The notes under the pieces: generated by a model | Told to the model about the DNA's origin: nothing | Seen by the model: the letters and a program-made list of their open reading frames with translations, nothing else | The model's database searches: none | Position numbers and translations under genes: made by a program | Assembly (NCBI GenBank): GCA_034408725.1 | Contig: JAWXCN010000019.1 | Coordinates: 1 to 41,742, forward strand | DNA length: 41,742 nucleotides | Source: Candidatus Hydrogenedentota bacterium | Lineage (GTDB): Bacteria; Hydrogenedentota; Hydrogenedentia; Hydrogenedentales; SLHB01 | Direction: 5' to 3' | In this document: positions 8,978 through 19,370 of the stretch, piece after piece | Position numbering within the stretch: the first letter of the stretch is position 1 | Layout of the letters: the number at the start of each line of letters is the position of its first letter

Positions 8978-9472
8978 TTATGCTTCGGCGGGTTGCGCCG
9001 CGTCCTTTGGCTTCATGAGGCCTTCCAATACTTCGAGCAGCAGATCGGCGTCGACGCCGTATCCGCCGCAGACCTGACCAATCGTTTCGTACTGGTTGAT
9101 GCCGCAATGCGAACAGCCGCCCAGATGGAATGCCGCGAATACCTCGGCCACGCGCGGGTGCAGCGCCATCGCTTCGCCAATGGTCATGTCCGGGCTGAAA
9201 TAGCTGATGCCGGCCGCGCCGCTGTGTTCGAAGTCGCCGTGGTCGTGGACATGCTCCTCGGACCAGTGCTCGTCGAATTCTTCCTGCGACGATTTCGTCA
9301 TGTACGCCATATTCGTCATTTTTTTGACGAGCGGATTCGGAATGCAATCGACCTCGCCCGTTTCAGGAATGACGGTCATCTGGCGAACGATGGCAAATGT
9401 GTCATCACATTCGTAATAGACCCAGGCATCCCCTTTACCGGGGACCGGCTGGCTTATCTTGTAGTAGAGCAT
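8978..9472 (-). CDS. Two-domain protein: unknown N-terminal domain, His-rich linker, DUF1858/ScdA_N-like CxxC domain
   Basis: C-terminal DMTIGEAMALHPRVAEVF...GGCSHC....ETIGQVC..YGVD; start 9472 has SD GGAGG (cctcc 9478-9482). Confidence 0.75.
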   Translation of the reverse strand: MLYYKISQPVPGKGDAWVYYECDDTFAIVRQMTVIPETGEVDCIPNPLVKKMTNMAYMTKSSQEEFDEHWSEEHVHDHGDFEHSGAAGISYFSPDMTIGEAMALHPRVAEVFAAFHLGGCSHCGINQYETIGQVCGGYGVDADLLLEVLEGLMKPKDAAQPAEA

Positions 9473-9516
9473 GGTAGCCTCCCAAATGTGTTCCCCGTAT
9501 GAAAGAACACGCATAC

Positions 9517-9525
9517 ATGGTAGCA
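9517..9525 (-). promoter_or_regulatory. Putative extended -10 promoter for the DUF1858-iscA unit
   Basis: TGCTACCAT on the minus strand, ~45 nt upstream of ATG 9472. Confidence 0.4.
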
Positions 9526-9551
9526 TATTTCACGCCGAATCTGCACGGCGG

Positions 9552-12326
9552 TTAGCCATTCTTCTCCGCGGTTGGCGACGCCGCTATCACGGTAACCGGC
9601 GCAATTTTCCCGAGCGATTCCTTGAGCTTTTCCGCTTCGCCCGCCACAACAATGGTGAGTGCCGCGGGGTCGATGACGTTCTCGGCGATATTGCGCACGT
9701 CCGCCTGCGAGGCCTGCCGGTAGGATTGCATGGCCTGGCGAAGATAATCCTTCGGCAATTCAGACGATTCGATCATCCATTGGTAATTGACGGCATCCTG
9801 CGGCGTTTCGAGGTCGGCCGGAAAACTTCCGGTCAGGTACGCCCGTGCAGTGCTCAGTTCATCCTCCGTTGGCGGCGTGCTGCGCATTCCATTGATAACA
9901 TCGAGCAGGGCTTGGACAGTTTCGGCGGTGCTTTCTGTTTTGGTAAAGGTGCTGCTCAAAAACCTTCCGGCAAACCGCGAAGGATAAAACCCGCCGCCCG
10001 CGCCATAGGTCAGGCCGCGCTCAATGCGTATCGTTTTGTTCAGGCGGCTGTCGAAAGCGCCGCCAAAAATCTGCGAGAAGACGCGCGCAAAATGATATGC
10101 CGGATCACTGCGCGTGATGCTGACTTGCGCGACGCGGATTTGACTCTGCACAGCGCCAGGCTTGTCCACGAGGTAGATGTGCGTCGGCGTTGTTTTGGGA
10201 ATTCCGGGGGCGGTCACGTCTGGCGCCGGACCTTCAACCTTCCACTCCCCAAAATACTTTTCCGCGAGTTCTACGGCGGCGTCAGTTTCTATGTCTCCCG
10301 CGAAATACAACGTAATCGTGTCAGGCCGCGCATAGGTCCGCCAGAACGTGGCCACCGCGTCCTGGGAGAGACGCGGCACGTCGGCCAACTCGCCGTCAAC
10401 GTTACGCGAATAGGGGTGTGCTCCGAAAAGTTTCCGGCGCACTTCCCGGTCGACTACGTAGTTCACGTCTTCTTCGTTCACGGATAACGACACCGTTCGC
10501 TGCTGTTTCAGCAGGTCGAGTTCTTTGGCGGGGAACGTGGGGCGGCGGACTACTTCTGCGAGCAACTCGAACGCGAGCGGCAGTTTATCGCTCAACGCGG
10601 TCACCGAGACCTGGCTTACATCCAACGAGGCCCTGCCGTCAATGGTCAGGGCGTTGAACTCGATGAGTTCCGCGAGTTCATCGGCGGTATATTTCTCCGT
10701 GCCCTTCGTCAACAACGAAAGCGCGGCGGACGCAACGCCGGGGACCGAGGAATCTTCAGCCCATGACCCGAATTTCGTCCCGCACAGGACGGTGACATAC
10801 GGCAACTCATTGTTAGGAACGACCACCACGCGCAGCCCGTTAGGCAGCGTTTTTTCCGAGGTCGAGGGTAAGGGCAGATCGTCAAGGGGCGCGTTCGTGG
10901 GCGGCTGGACCGGAAGGTCCTTGGGCCGGTCCACGCCGGCTTTCGCACCCGTTCGCTTGGCCGGTTCGGTCTCAGGCGCGGTAACCGGGGCGGCATCTTC
11001 ATTCGGCAAAACCGCGGCCGCATCCGGAATGATGCGGAACACTGTGCGGCGTTCGGGTACGACGTAGGTTTTGGCAACGCGGGCAATATCATCCAGCGTC
11101 ACGGCGTTGATCTCGGCCAATTGCGTGTTCAGCCGGTCCGGCGTGCCATAGGCAAGTGTAGCATCGCCGATTTGGCGGGCTTTGCTGGCAACCGTAAGCA
11201 TGTTCGTGACGATGTCGCGGCGAAGCCGGTTCTTGGCCTTCTCGAGTTCGCGCGCCTCAATGCCTTTTTCAACGAGCGCGGCAAGATGTCCGTCGAGCGC
11301 TGTCTCCATCACGGCGGGTTCGATGCCTTGATTGAGAATTGCGCCGACGCCGAACAGACCGTCATCCTTCATCCAGTAGTATTCGGATTGCGCTTGTGCC
11401 GCTTGTTGTTTGGCGCGCACCAAATCGACGTTGAGCCTGCTGCTCTCACCCACGCCAAGCACAATTGTCATTAACTGGAGAGGTATTGCGTCAGGATGAT
11501 TTACCGGAACGCCGCGGTACACATAGGCCACCAGCGGGACGGGTCCCACCGCTTCCTTTATGGTTACTTTGCGTCCTTCCGTTTGCGCCGGTTCGTTCTG
11601 CGTAGGCCGATCCTCGATTTTTCCTGACGGCATCCATGCAAAATACTTTCGCGCGAGTGTCTGCGCATCCGCATGCTTTACCCCACCGACGATGACCAGC
11701 GTCGCATTCGACGGAACGTACCATCGGTCCCAGAATTGTTGAAGTTCGCTGACCTTCGCCTGCCGCAGCATGGGAATGTTGCCAATGGGCGACCATCGGT
11801 ACGGGTGTTGCCGGAAAACGATGGGCAAGCCCTGTTCGAGCACCGTGCCATAAGGTTCGTTGATGCCCATCCGGCGTTCTTCTTCGACAACTTTGCGTTC
11901 CGTGTCAAAGCCCGGCTGATCCACTTTGAGATACATCAGGCGCTCGGCCTCGAGCCACAGTGCCAACTCCAATTGGTTCGACGGAAGCTGGTTAATGTAC
12001 GCCGTGTGATCAAATGAGGTGAATGCGTTGCAATCGCCACCGGTCTTGCGAATCAGGCTGAAATGTTCTTCCGGGCCAAGCCGCTCGGTTCCGCGGAACA
12101 TCATGTGCTCGAACATGTGCGCGAAACCCTGGCGTTCACTATCTTCGTCCTTCGAGCCAACGCCATACCAAACCTGGACCGCGACAATCGGCGAGGAGAA
12201 ATCCTCAAGTGTGATCACGCGCAAGCCGTTTTCCAGCGTGATGTCCTGAAAATCGAAAAGCCGGGGCGCGTCGGCGTGGGCGAACGAAGATGTCGAGAGC
12301 AAAATAGCCATGATTTGTTTCCACAT
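9552..12326 (-). CDS. Exported M16 (insulinase/pitrilysin, PqqL-like) zinc peptidase, fused two-half type
   Basis: GFAHMFEHMMFRGT (HxxEH), NAFTSFD.T.Y, ERKVVEEER; second LPNGLRV half lacks HxxEH; RIERGLTY; signal peptide ending AHA. Confidence 0.9.
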   Translation of the reverse strand: MWKQIMAILLSTSSFAHADAPRLFDFQDITLENGLRVITLEDFSSPIVAVQVWYGVGSKDEDSERQGFAHMFEHMMFRGTERLGPEEHFSLIRKTGGDCNAFTSFDHTAYINQLPSNQLELALWLEAERLMYLKVDQPGFDTERKVVEEERRMGINEPYGTVLEQGLPIVFRQHPYRWSPIGNIPMLRQAKVSELQQFWDRWYVPSNATLVIVGGVKHADAQTLARKYFAWMPSGKIEDRPTQNEPAQTEGRKVTIKEAVGPVPLVAYVYRGVPVNHPDAIPLQLMTIVLGVGESSRLNVDLVRAKQQAAQAQSEYYWMKDDGLFGVGAILNQGIEPAVMETALDGHLAALVEKGIEARELEKAKNRLRRDIVTNMLTVASKARQIGDATLAYGTPDRLNTQLAEINAVTLDDIARVAKTYVVPERRTVFRIIPDAAAVLPNEDAAPVTAPETEPAKRTGAKAGVDRPKDLPVQPPTNAPLDDLPLPSTSEKTLPNGLRVVVVPNNELPYVTVLCGTKFGSWAEDSSVPGVASAALSLLTKGTEKYTADELAELIEFNALTIDGRASLDVSQVSVTALSDKLPLAFELLAEVVRRPTFPAKELDLLKQQRTVSLSVNEEDVNYVVDREVRRKLFGAHPYSRNVDGELADVPRLSQDAVATFWRTYARPDTITLYFAGDIETDAAVELAEKYFGEWKVEGPAPDVTAPGIPKTTPTHIYLVDKPGAVQSQIRVAQVSITRSDPAYHFARVFSQIFGGAFDSRLNKTIRIERGLTYGAGGGFYPSRFAGRFLSSTFTKTESTAETVQALLDVINGMRSTPPTEDELSTARAYLTGSFPADLETPQDAVNYQWMIESSELPKDYLRQAMQSYRQASQADVRNIAENVIDPAALTIVVAGEAEKLKESLGKIAPVTVIAASPTAEKNG

Positions 12327-12424
12327 GTTGCACCTTTTTTGAACGAACACGGTCCGATCTAAAACCGTTTTTGGTCCCCGTCACGTCCCGGGGGTATGTA
12401 GGTTCCGAATCCCGATAAAGGAAA

Positions 12425-13489
12425 CTATCGGATTTCCAACATCCGGTCTATGGGAATGCGCGCATCACGAATAATATGATCGGGCAATTCGACCTTGTAC
12501 TGTGTGTGCTGCAACGAAGCCAGGGTGTCCTCGAGCGTTATCTGCGCCATGTGCGGGCACCGGTGGCTGCACAGGCGAAGCATTTCTTTTTCGGGGTTCT
12601 CTGCCGCGATATTGTCGCCCATGCTGCATTCGGTGAGTAGAAGATACCGATCGGCATCCGTCTTGCGCACAAACTCGATCATCTGTTTTGTGCTGCCGGA
12701 AGCGTCGCTTGCCGCGAGCACTTCGGGACTCACTTCGGGGTGGGACACAATCACAACGTCAGGGAACTGTTTGCGGACGGCCTGCACGTCGTTCACTGTA
12801 AATAGCTCATGGACTTCACACCGCGCGTTCCATCCGATAACTGCTTTCTCCGGCAACGGGAGCGCGCCATCGCGCGTCGCGCGAACAAACGGAATACCCA
12901 CTTCATTCGCGGTATTGTGCGCAAGGTACTCGTCCGGTAGAAAAATAATGTAATGGTGCCCAAGCGCGAGCAAATGCTTCACAACGGCGGTCGCGTTTCC
13001 AGAGGTGCAACAATAGTCCGATTCGGCTTTCACGTCCGCGTAGGTGTTCACATAGCTGACCACGGGCGCGCCCGGATATTGCTTGCGCAACATGCGCACG
13101 TCTTCCACCGAAATGCCTGCCGCGAGCGAACAGCCAGCTTTCTTCGACGGAATCAGGACAGTCTTTTCGGGATTCAGAATCTTCGCGGTCTCCGCCATGA
13201 ACTGCACGCCGCAAAACACAATGATGTCCGCGTCTGTTTCCGAGGACACGCGCGAGAGTTCGAGGGAATCGCCGGCGTAATCCGGCACGGAATGAAACAG
13301 CGCGGGTTCCATATAGTTGTGGCCGAGGATGACGGCATTCAGTTCGCGCTTGAGCAGATTGATCTCATACGCGAGTCCCGCCTTGATCTGCAGCTCGACA
13401 TCCGGCACGATTCCAGAGAGCTTTGCGCGCATGCGCGCAAGCGTCTCGTCGCGGCTCGGAGCCTCTTGTACAGTCATCATGCCCGCCAT
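12425..13489 (-). CDS. nadA: Quinolinate synthase A ([4Fe-4S])
   Basis: ILGHNY, GDSLEL, FCGVQFMAETAKIL, GCSLA, YVNT, CCTSGNA, CEVH, HPE, CPHM. Confidence 0.95.
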   Translation of the reverse strand: MAGMMTVQEAPSRDETLARMRAKLSGIVPDVELQIKAGLAYEINLLKRELNAVILGHNYMEPALFHSVPDYAGDSLELSRVSSETDADIIVFCGVQFMAETAKILNPEKTVLIPSKKAGCSLAAGISVEDVRMLRKQYPGAPVVSYVNTYADVKAESDYCCTSGNATAVVKHLLALGHHYIIFLPDEYLAHNTANEVGIPFVRATRDGALPLPEKAVIGWNARCEVHELFTVNDVQAVRKQFPDVVIVSHPEVSPEVLAASDASGSTKQMIEFVRKTDADRYLLLTECSMGDNIAAENPEKEMLRLCSHRCPHMAQITLEDTLASLQHTQYKVELPDHIIRDARIPIDRMLEIR

Positions 13490-13577
13490 CGCATATCACT
13501 TTCTGCGCCGATTCGGCGCGTGGCCAAAACCGCACGCTTTCTCAACAACCGTTGGAAAGCTACACTTCATATCTATT

Positions 13578-14030
13578 TTACTCGATAAACCACTTGGTCA
13601 GCAAATAGCGGTCGTGATCCATGAATCCCAGTTCACGGTAAAGCGACTGCGCATTTGTGTTGGCGCGGTCTACTTCGAGGTGCATGGCGCGCACGCCGCG
13701 CTCTTTACATACCAGTTCTGCGAACGCGATTGCGCGACGGCCAATTCCTTGCCTGCGATAGGGCTTGGAAATGAATAATTCATCAAGGAAGGCGTCTACT
13801 CCCTGGAATTCCAAGCTGTAGCCGAACGTGACAACGATGTAACCGGCGACACTACCGTCGGCGTTAATAAACCACGCTGAACCGTGCGCGGGGTTGTTCA
13901 GCAAACCAGCCAGGGCCGCGCGCGCGTGCGCCTCATCGAATGAAATGGTGTCGTGCGCATACAGTTCACGCATGAGCTTGATAAAGCTGTCGAGGTCCGC
14001 GGCGTCCGGCGCAATGAAATCAATCTTCAC
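13578..14030 (-). CDS. GNAT-family N-acetyltransferase
   Basis: FLDELFISKPYRRQGIG (motif A), LEVDRANTNAQSLYRELGF; GTG start 2 nt after sufU stop. Confidence 0.88.
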   Translation of the reverse strand: MKIDFIAPDAADLDSFIKLMRELYAHDTISFDEAHARAALAGLLNNPAHGSAWFINADGSVAGYIVVTFGYSLEFQGVDAFLDELFISKPYRRQGIGRRAIAFAELVCKERGVRAMHLEVDRANTNAQSLYRELGFMDHDRYLLTKWFIE

Positions 14031-14032
14031 GG

Positions 14033-14485
14033 CTATTCCGTACTGACGGTTGAATTCTTTCCATCGAGCGCCGACAGCAGCGTATGCCAGGCGAGGGTGG
14101 CGCACTTGATCCGAACGGGAAACTCGCGCACTCCAGCAAACACCGCGAGCCGTCCGGCTTTTTCCTCATCAATGACAGTATCCGGCGAAGAAGTCACCAT
14201 CTGGTGAAATGACGCAAACAGCGCCTCGGCTTCGCTCCTGGTTTTACCTTTGAGCAGCGTCGTCATGACGGACGCGGACGACTTCGAGATCGCGCATCCC
14301 GATCCGGCGAAACTAATATCGTCAATGACTTCGCCATTCATTTTGAGATAGATCATGAAGTGATCGCCACAAAGCGGATTGAACCCTTCGATTTTACTGG
14401 TCGCATCCGGCATCTCGCGAAAGTTTCGAGGTTTCTTGTTGTGCTCCAGAATCACCTGTTCGTATAAGGCGCGGTTCGCCCCCAT
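14033..14485 (-). CDS. sufU: SUF system SufU (NifU-like) protein
   Basis: LYEQVILEH, NPLCGD, GCAISKSSAS, RIKCATLAWH; TGATG overlap with sufS. Confidence 0.92.
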   Translation of the reverse strand: MGANRALYEQVILEHNKKPRNFREMPDATSKIEGFNPLCGDHFMIYLKMNGEVIDDISFAGSGCAISKSSASVMTTLLKGKTRSEAEALFASFHQMVTSSPDTVIDEEKAGRLAVFAGVREFPVRIKCATLAWHTLLSALDGKNSTVSTE

Positions 14486-15759
14486 CAATCAAACACCTCT
14501 TTGACCTTCCCAATCGCCGCGGAAAGTGCGTCGAGGTCTTCGCGGGAGTTGTAGAACGCGAGCGACGCGCGCGCCGTCGCCGCAATCCCGAAGCGTTGCA
14601 TGAGCGGCTGGGCGCAATGGTGTCCAGCGCGAATGGCCACGCCCTGTTCGCTGAGAATTTGTCCGATATCGTGCGCGTGCGCGGTGTCCATCGTGAACGA
14701 AAGGACTCCTGCCTTTTCGCGCGCAGTGCCGACGATGTGCAGGCCGCTGATCGATTGCAAAAGTTGCGTCCCATACTGTGTCAATTCGTGTTCGTACGCG
14801 GCAATGCGGTCCATTCCGATGGAATCGAGATAATCGACTGCCGCGCCCAACCCGATTACGCCTGCGATATTCGGGGTGCCCGCCTCGAACTTGTAGGGAA
14901 GTCCGTTGTAGATAGTCTTGTCAAAGGTGACCGAAAGTATCATGTCGCCGCCGCCCATGAACGGAGGCATCCGGTTCAACATTTCGGCGCGGCCATAGAG
15001 GACGCCAATACCGGTCGGGCCGAACATTTTGTGTCCGGAGCAGGCGTAAAAGTCGCACCCGATGTCCTGAACGTTTAAGACCATGTGCGGGGCGGCCTGG
15101 GCGCCATCGATTAGCACGGGAATGCCGTGCTGATGCGCCATGGCCGTGATTTCCTTGACGGGATTGATCGTACCGAGGGCATTCGAGACGTGCGCCATAC
15201 TCACCAGTTTCACGCGGGGCGACAGGAGCTTTTCGTACTCCTCCATGATGAGTTCGCCGCTATCCGTGATGGGGACCACCCGGAGCTTCGCGCCCGTCTC
15301 TTCGCAAAGCATTTGCCAGGGCACGATGTTCGAGTGATGCTCCATCGCGGAAATCAGAATCTCATCGCCCTCGCGGATGTTCGGGCGGCCATAGGAGTGC
15401 GCGATAAGATTGATCGCCTCGGTCGTGCCACGGGTAAAAATGATTTCGCAACTCAATGGAGCCCGGAGAAACCGCTGCATTTTCATGCGGGCGTCTTCGT
15501 AGGCGCTCGTGGCGATTTCGCTGAGATAGTGCATTCCGCGATGCACGTTCGAGTTCTGCGCTTCGTAGTAGTGACGCTCCGTCTCGATCACCGATCGCGG
15601 CTTTTGACTGGTCGCGGCATTATCGAGATAAATAAGGTCCTTACCATGACGGCGGACGTGCAGCACGGGGAAATCATCGCGGATGCGCGCGATCTCTACC
15701 GCGCTCAATGGTGGACGGCGGGGCGGGGTCGCCGGAGCTGATGGTGTAACAGTGGCCAT
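14485..15759 (-). CDS. sufS: Cysteine desulfurase SufS
   Basis: YLDNAATSQKP, EHHSN, DGAQ, SGHKMFGPTGIG, FEAGTP, RAGHHCAQP; start set at MATVTP (15759). Confidence 0.95.
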   Translation of the reverse strand: MATVTPSAPATPPRRPPLSAVEIARIRDDFPVLHVRRHGKDLIYLDNAATSQKPRSVIETERHYYEAQNSNVHRGMHYLSEIATSAYEDARMKMQRFLRAPLSCEIIFTRGTTEAINLIAHSYGRPNIREGDEILISAMEHHSNIVPWQMLCEETGAKLRVVPITDSGELIMEEYEKLLSPRVKLVSMAHVSNALGTINPVKEITAMAHQHGIPVLIDGAQAAPHMVLNVQDIGCDFYACSGHKMFGPTGIGVLYGRAEMLNRMPPFMGGGDMILSVTFDKTIYNGLPYKFEAGTPNIAGVIGLGAAVDYLDSIGMDRIAAYEHELTQYGTQLLQSISGLHIVGTAREKAGVLSFTMDTAHAHDIGQILSEQGVAIRAGHHCAQPLMQRFGIAATARASLAFYNSREDLDALSAAIGKVKEVFD

Positions 15760-15764
15760 GACAC

Positions 15765-17084
15765 TTATCCTGGTATGGGGCTGTATGTGTTGAACACAAA
15801 CCGTTCGAGGCGTTCGCGGACCGGAGTAACTTCGATCTGTTCCACAACTTCGTCGGCAAAGCCATAGGTGAGCATTCCCAGCGCCATCGCCTCGCTCATC
15901 CCGCGCGTGCGAAAGTAAAAAACCAGCTCGTCGGGCGGACGGCCAACCGTCGCGCCGTGCGTGCATTTCACGTCGTCCGCGAAGATTTCGAGCAGGGGTT
16001 TCGTGTCTATCGTCGCCTTGTCGGACAACAGCATATTTTGGTTCAACTGGTTCGAATCCGTTTTTTGCGCAACACGGTGTACATAGACTTTTCCGCTGAA
16101 GACTGCGTGGCTTTTGTCGTCCAACACGCCCTTATACCCAATCCAGCTCGTGCAGTTGGGCTTGGCATGTTCAATGGCGATGGGATTATCCACCAGTTGG
16201 TCGCCGTGGGTCATGTACAACCCCTTCAACGAACAATGCGCGCCTTCACCATCGAGCAGGGTCTTGACCTCATTCCGGATAATTCTTCCAGATTGACTGA
16301 TCGCAACGGAATTAAATGTCGCGCCTCGATCCAACCGGACCGTCGTGGTCGCAAGGTGATATGCTTCGCTGGACTCGTTGATGAGCTTGCACAGAGTCAA
16401 CGCGGCGTTCTCCCCCACACTGATCTCCGTGACCGCGTTGGTGAGATAGCGGGCGGAAGTCTCCAGCGCAACATGGCTCTCTACCACCGTCGCGCGCGCC
16501 CCGGAGTCCAGCACAAACAGATTGCGCGGGTGGCGCGCAGAGTCCGCGACGCGACCGGTGTTCAACATTAATAGGTGGATCGGTTGTTCAATCGAGATAT
16601 CGGCTGCAACGTGAACGAAGGCGCCATCCAACAGAAACGCCGTGTTCAGCGCGCTGAAAGCGTTCGCAGATCCATTCAGATGTTTTGACAGATGCGGTTC
16701 AACCAGCGCCCCGTGTGTTGAAATGGCTTCGCGCAAACTGATCGCCGTAACGCCGGCATGGCGTCGCGACAGTTCATTCGATAGAAATCCGTCTACAAAA
16801 ACCAGTTCGGTCCAACTGCCGTCACCGTACCGGAAGGACGCAACGGCGTCTTCGCCGATCGCGCCGGCAGCGGAGGTCTGTGTTTGAAATTGCGTGCGCA
16901 GGATCGGCGCAATATTCGTAAACCGCCACTCTTCCATGCGGCGATGGGGCAATTCGAGTTCCGCGAAACGCGCCGCATAGGCCACGCGAATCGCGCGCGC
17001 CCAGTCGGGACCGTCGCCGCTGGTCTTACCGATATCCGATAAAAAGGCGGCTTTCTCGTCGATGGTATGTTCTTTTTTCGCCAT
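15765..17084 (-). CDS. sufD: Fe-S cluster assembly protein SufD
   Basis: EEWRFT, ALNTAF, KPLLEIFADDVKCTHGATVG, FYFRTRG. Confidence 0.93.
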   Translation of the reverse strand: MAKKEHTIDEKAAFLSDIGKTSGDGPDWARAIRVAYAARFAELELPHRRMEEWRFTNIAPILRTQFQTQTSAAGAIGEDAVASFRYGDGSWTELVFVDGFLSNELSRRHAGVTAISLREAISTHGALVEPHLSKHLNGSANAFSALNTAFLLDGAFVHVAADISIEQPIHLLMLNTGRVADSARHPRNLFVLDSGARATVVESHVALETSARYLTNAVTEISVGENAALTLCKLINESSEAYHLATTTVRLDRGATFNSVAISQSGRIIRNEVKTLLDGEGAHCSLKGLYMTHGDQLVDNPIAIEHAKPNCTSWIGYKGVLDDKSHAVFSGKVYVHRVAQKTDSNQLNQNMLLSDKATIDTKPLLEIFADDVKCTHGATVGRPPDELVFYFRTRGMSEAMALGMLTYGFADEVVEQIEVTPVRERLERFVFNTYSPIPG

Positions 17085-17093
17085 GACGCACTG

Positions 17094-17867
17094 CTACCCC
17101 TCGCTGCCTTCCGCGCCCACGAGCACTTCTTCTTTCAGCCAATCGTACCCTTTGGCTTCCAGTTCTAGGGCAAGTTCCTTGCCGCCCGATTTGGCGATGC
17201 GGCCTCGCCAGAGCACATGCACGAAGTCCGGTACGATGTAGTTCAGCAATCGCTGATAGTGCGTCACGATGATCATTGAGCGCTGGGGACCGCGCAGCCG
17301 GTTCACACCGTCGGCGACAATTCGCAACGCGTCAATGTCGAGACCGGAGTCGCTTTCGTCCAGAATCGCGAGTTTCGGTTCGAGCACCGCCATCTGCAAA
17401 ATTTCGTTGCGCTTTTTCTCGCCGCCCGAGAAACCTTCGTTCACCGGCCGGTCCGCGAATTTGTGGTCGATAGCGACGAGGTCCATTTTCTCTTTCAAAA
17501 GATCGCGGAATTCGAGCGCGTCCAGTTCATCCAGCCCGTGGCTCTTGCGAATTTCATTCAGACCCGCCTGGAGAAAATAGGCATTCGATATGCCCGGAAT
17601 TTCGACCGGATACTGAAACGCCATGAACACACCGAGGCGCGCGCGCTCTTCGGCAGGCATTTCGAGCAGGTCTTGTCCGAGGAATGTCACGCCGCCTTCG
17701 GTGACTTCATACTGTTCGTTGCCGCTCAACACCTGCGCGAGCGTGCTCTTGCCGGAGCCGTTCGGGCCCATGATGGCGTGCACTTCACCAAAACCAATTT
17801 TCAAATCCACGCCGCGAAGAATTTCGTTTCCTTCAACGTTCGCGTGGAGGTTCGTAATCTCCAGCAT
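17094..17867 (-). CDS. sufC: Fe-S cluster assembly ATPase SufC
   Basis: GPNGSGKST, AFQYPVEIPG, VNEGFSGGEKKRNEILQ, LDESDSGLDIDAL, THYQRLL. Confidence 0.96.
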   Translation of the reverse strand: MLEITNLHANVEGNEILRGVDLKIGFGEVHAIMGPNGSGKSTLAQVLSGNEQYEVTEGGVTFLGQDLLEMPAEERARLGVFMAFQYPVEIPGISNAYFLQAGLNEIRKSHGLDELDALEFRDLLKEKMDLVAIDHKFADRPVNEGFSGGEKKRNEILQMAVLEPKLAILDESDSGLDIDALRIVADGVNRLRGPQRSMIIVTHYQRLLNYIVPDFVHVLWRGRIAKSGGKELALELEAKGYDWLKEEVLVGAEGSEG

Positions 17868-17870
17868 CGC

Positions 17871-19370
17871 TTACCCTACGCTCCCTTCCAGACTGACGTT
17901 CAACAGCTTGGTCGCCTCGACCGCAAATTCCATGGGCAGATGATCAAATACTTCCTTGCAAAAACCGTTCACCACCATCGAAATCGCGTCTTCGGTGCCG
18001 ATGCCCCGCTGTTTGCAGTAGAACAACTGCGTTTCGCTGATTTTCGACGTCGATGCTTCGTGTTCAACACTCGAGGTGTTGTTGCGCACTTCGATATACG
18101 GAAACGTGTGCGCGCCGCACTGGTTGCCAATGAGCAGCGAGTCGCACTGCGTATAGTTCCGCGCCTTGGCGGCTTTCGGCATTACCATCACCTGTCCGCG
18201 ATAACTGTTGTTGCCGTGCCCCGCGGAAATCGTCTTGGAAATGATCGTGCTCTTGGTGTTGCGGCCCATGTGAACCATCTTCGTGCCGGTGTCCGCCTGT
18301 TGATAGTTGTTGCTCACTGCCACAGAGTAAAACTCGCCCACCGAGTTGTCGCCAATCAACAGGCAACTCGGATACTTCCAGGTAATCGCCGAACCGGTCT
18401 CGACCTGGGTCCACGAGATGCGGGAATTTACGCCCTGGCATTTGCCTCGTTTCGTGACAAAGTTGTAGATGCCGCCTTTACCTTCCTTGTCGCCGGCGTA
18501 CCAGTTCTGCACCGTCGAATAATTGATCGTCGCGTTGTCGAGCGCAATCAATTCCACCACCGCGGCGTGCAACTGATTCTCGTCGCGCATCGGCGCCGTG
18601 CAGCCCTCGAGATAGTTCACCGAACCGCCATCTTCCGCGATGATCAGTGTCCGCTCGAACTGACCCGTCTCCGCAGCGTTTATGCGGAAATACGTCGAAA
18701 GGTCCATCGGGCACTTCACGCCCTTCGGGATATAACAAAATGAACCGTCGCTGAACACCGCGCTGTTGAGCGCGGCGAAGAAGTTGTCATTTGCCGGCAC
18801 CACGGAGCCCAGATACTTCCGCACCAAATCCGGGTGCTCCAACACGGCTTCGGAGAACGAACCGAAAATCACGCCGCGCTTCTTGAGTATGTCCTTGTGC
18901 GTCGTAGCGACGGACACGCTGTCAAAAACCGCGTCCACCGCGACGCCCGTGAGGCGCTTCTGTTCGTCCAGCGGAATGCCCAGTTTCTCGAACGTCTCCA
19001 ACAGTTCTTTGTCGACTTCATCCAGGCTGTTCAGTTTTTTCTTTTCGCGCTTGGGCGCGGAATAGTACCGCTGCTGCTGATAGTCAATCGCGGGATACGA
19101 TACGTTGGCCCACGAAGGTTCTTTCATGGTCAGCCAGTGGCGATACGCTTTGATGCGCCAATCCAGCATCCACGACGGCTCTTCTTTGCGCGCGGAAATC
19201 TTGGCGATGACTTCTTCATTCAGGCCGGGATCAAAGGTCTCCGCCTCAATATCGGTTGACCACCCGTATTTATACGACTGATTGGCCATTTCCGCGATTT
19301 CGCGCGTACTCTGTTCAACCCGCGTGCCGGTATATTCCGGACCATCGAGCGCGTTATCTAACTTGCCCAT
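17871..19370 (-). CDS. sufB: Fe-S cluster assembly protein SufB
   Basis: [60 protein letters not shown]; start set at MGKLDN (19370). Confidence 0.96.
   Translation of the reverse strand: MGKLDNALDGPEYTGTRVEQSTREIAEMANQSYKYGWSTDIEAETFDPGLNEEVIAKISARKEEPSWMLDWRIKAYRHWLTMKEPSWANVSYPAIDYQQQRYYSAPKREKKKLNSLDEVDKELLETFEKLGIPLDEQKRLTGVAVDAVFDSVSVATTHKDILKKRGVIFGSFSEAVLEHPDLVRKYLGSVVPANDNFFAALNSAVFSDGSFCYIPKGVKCPMDLSTYFRINAAETGQFERTLIIAEDGGSVNYLEGCTAPMRDENQLHAAVVELIALDNATINYSTVQNWYAGDKEGKGGIYNFVTKRGKCQGVNSRISWTQVETGSAITWKYPSCLLIGDNSVGEFYSVAVSNNYQQADTGTKMVHMGRNTKSTIISKTISAGHGNNSYRGQVMVMPKAAKARNYTQCDSLLIGNQCGAHTFPYIEVRNNTSSVEHEASTSKISETQLFYCKQRGIGTEDAISMVVNGFCKEVFDHLPMEFAVEATKLLNVSLEGSVG

Noticed and set aside
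17463-18743. 426-aa plus-strand ORF and similar long antisense ORFs (3408-4349, 6367-7437, 9471-10487, 35798-36682, 39696-40454)
   Set aside because: Shadow frames opposite well-supported genes, expected with GC-rich codon bias; no motifs
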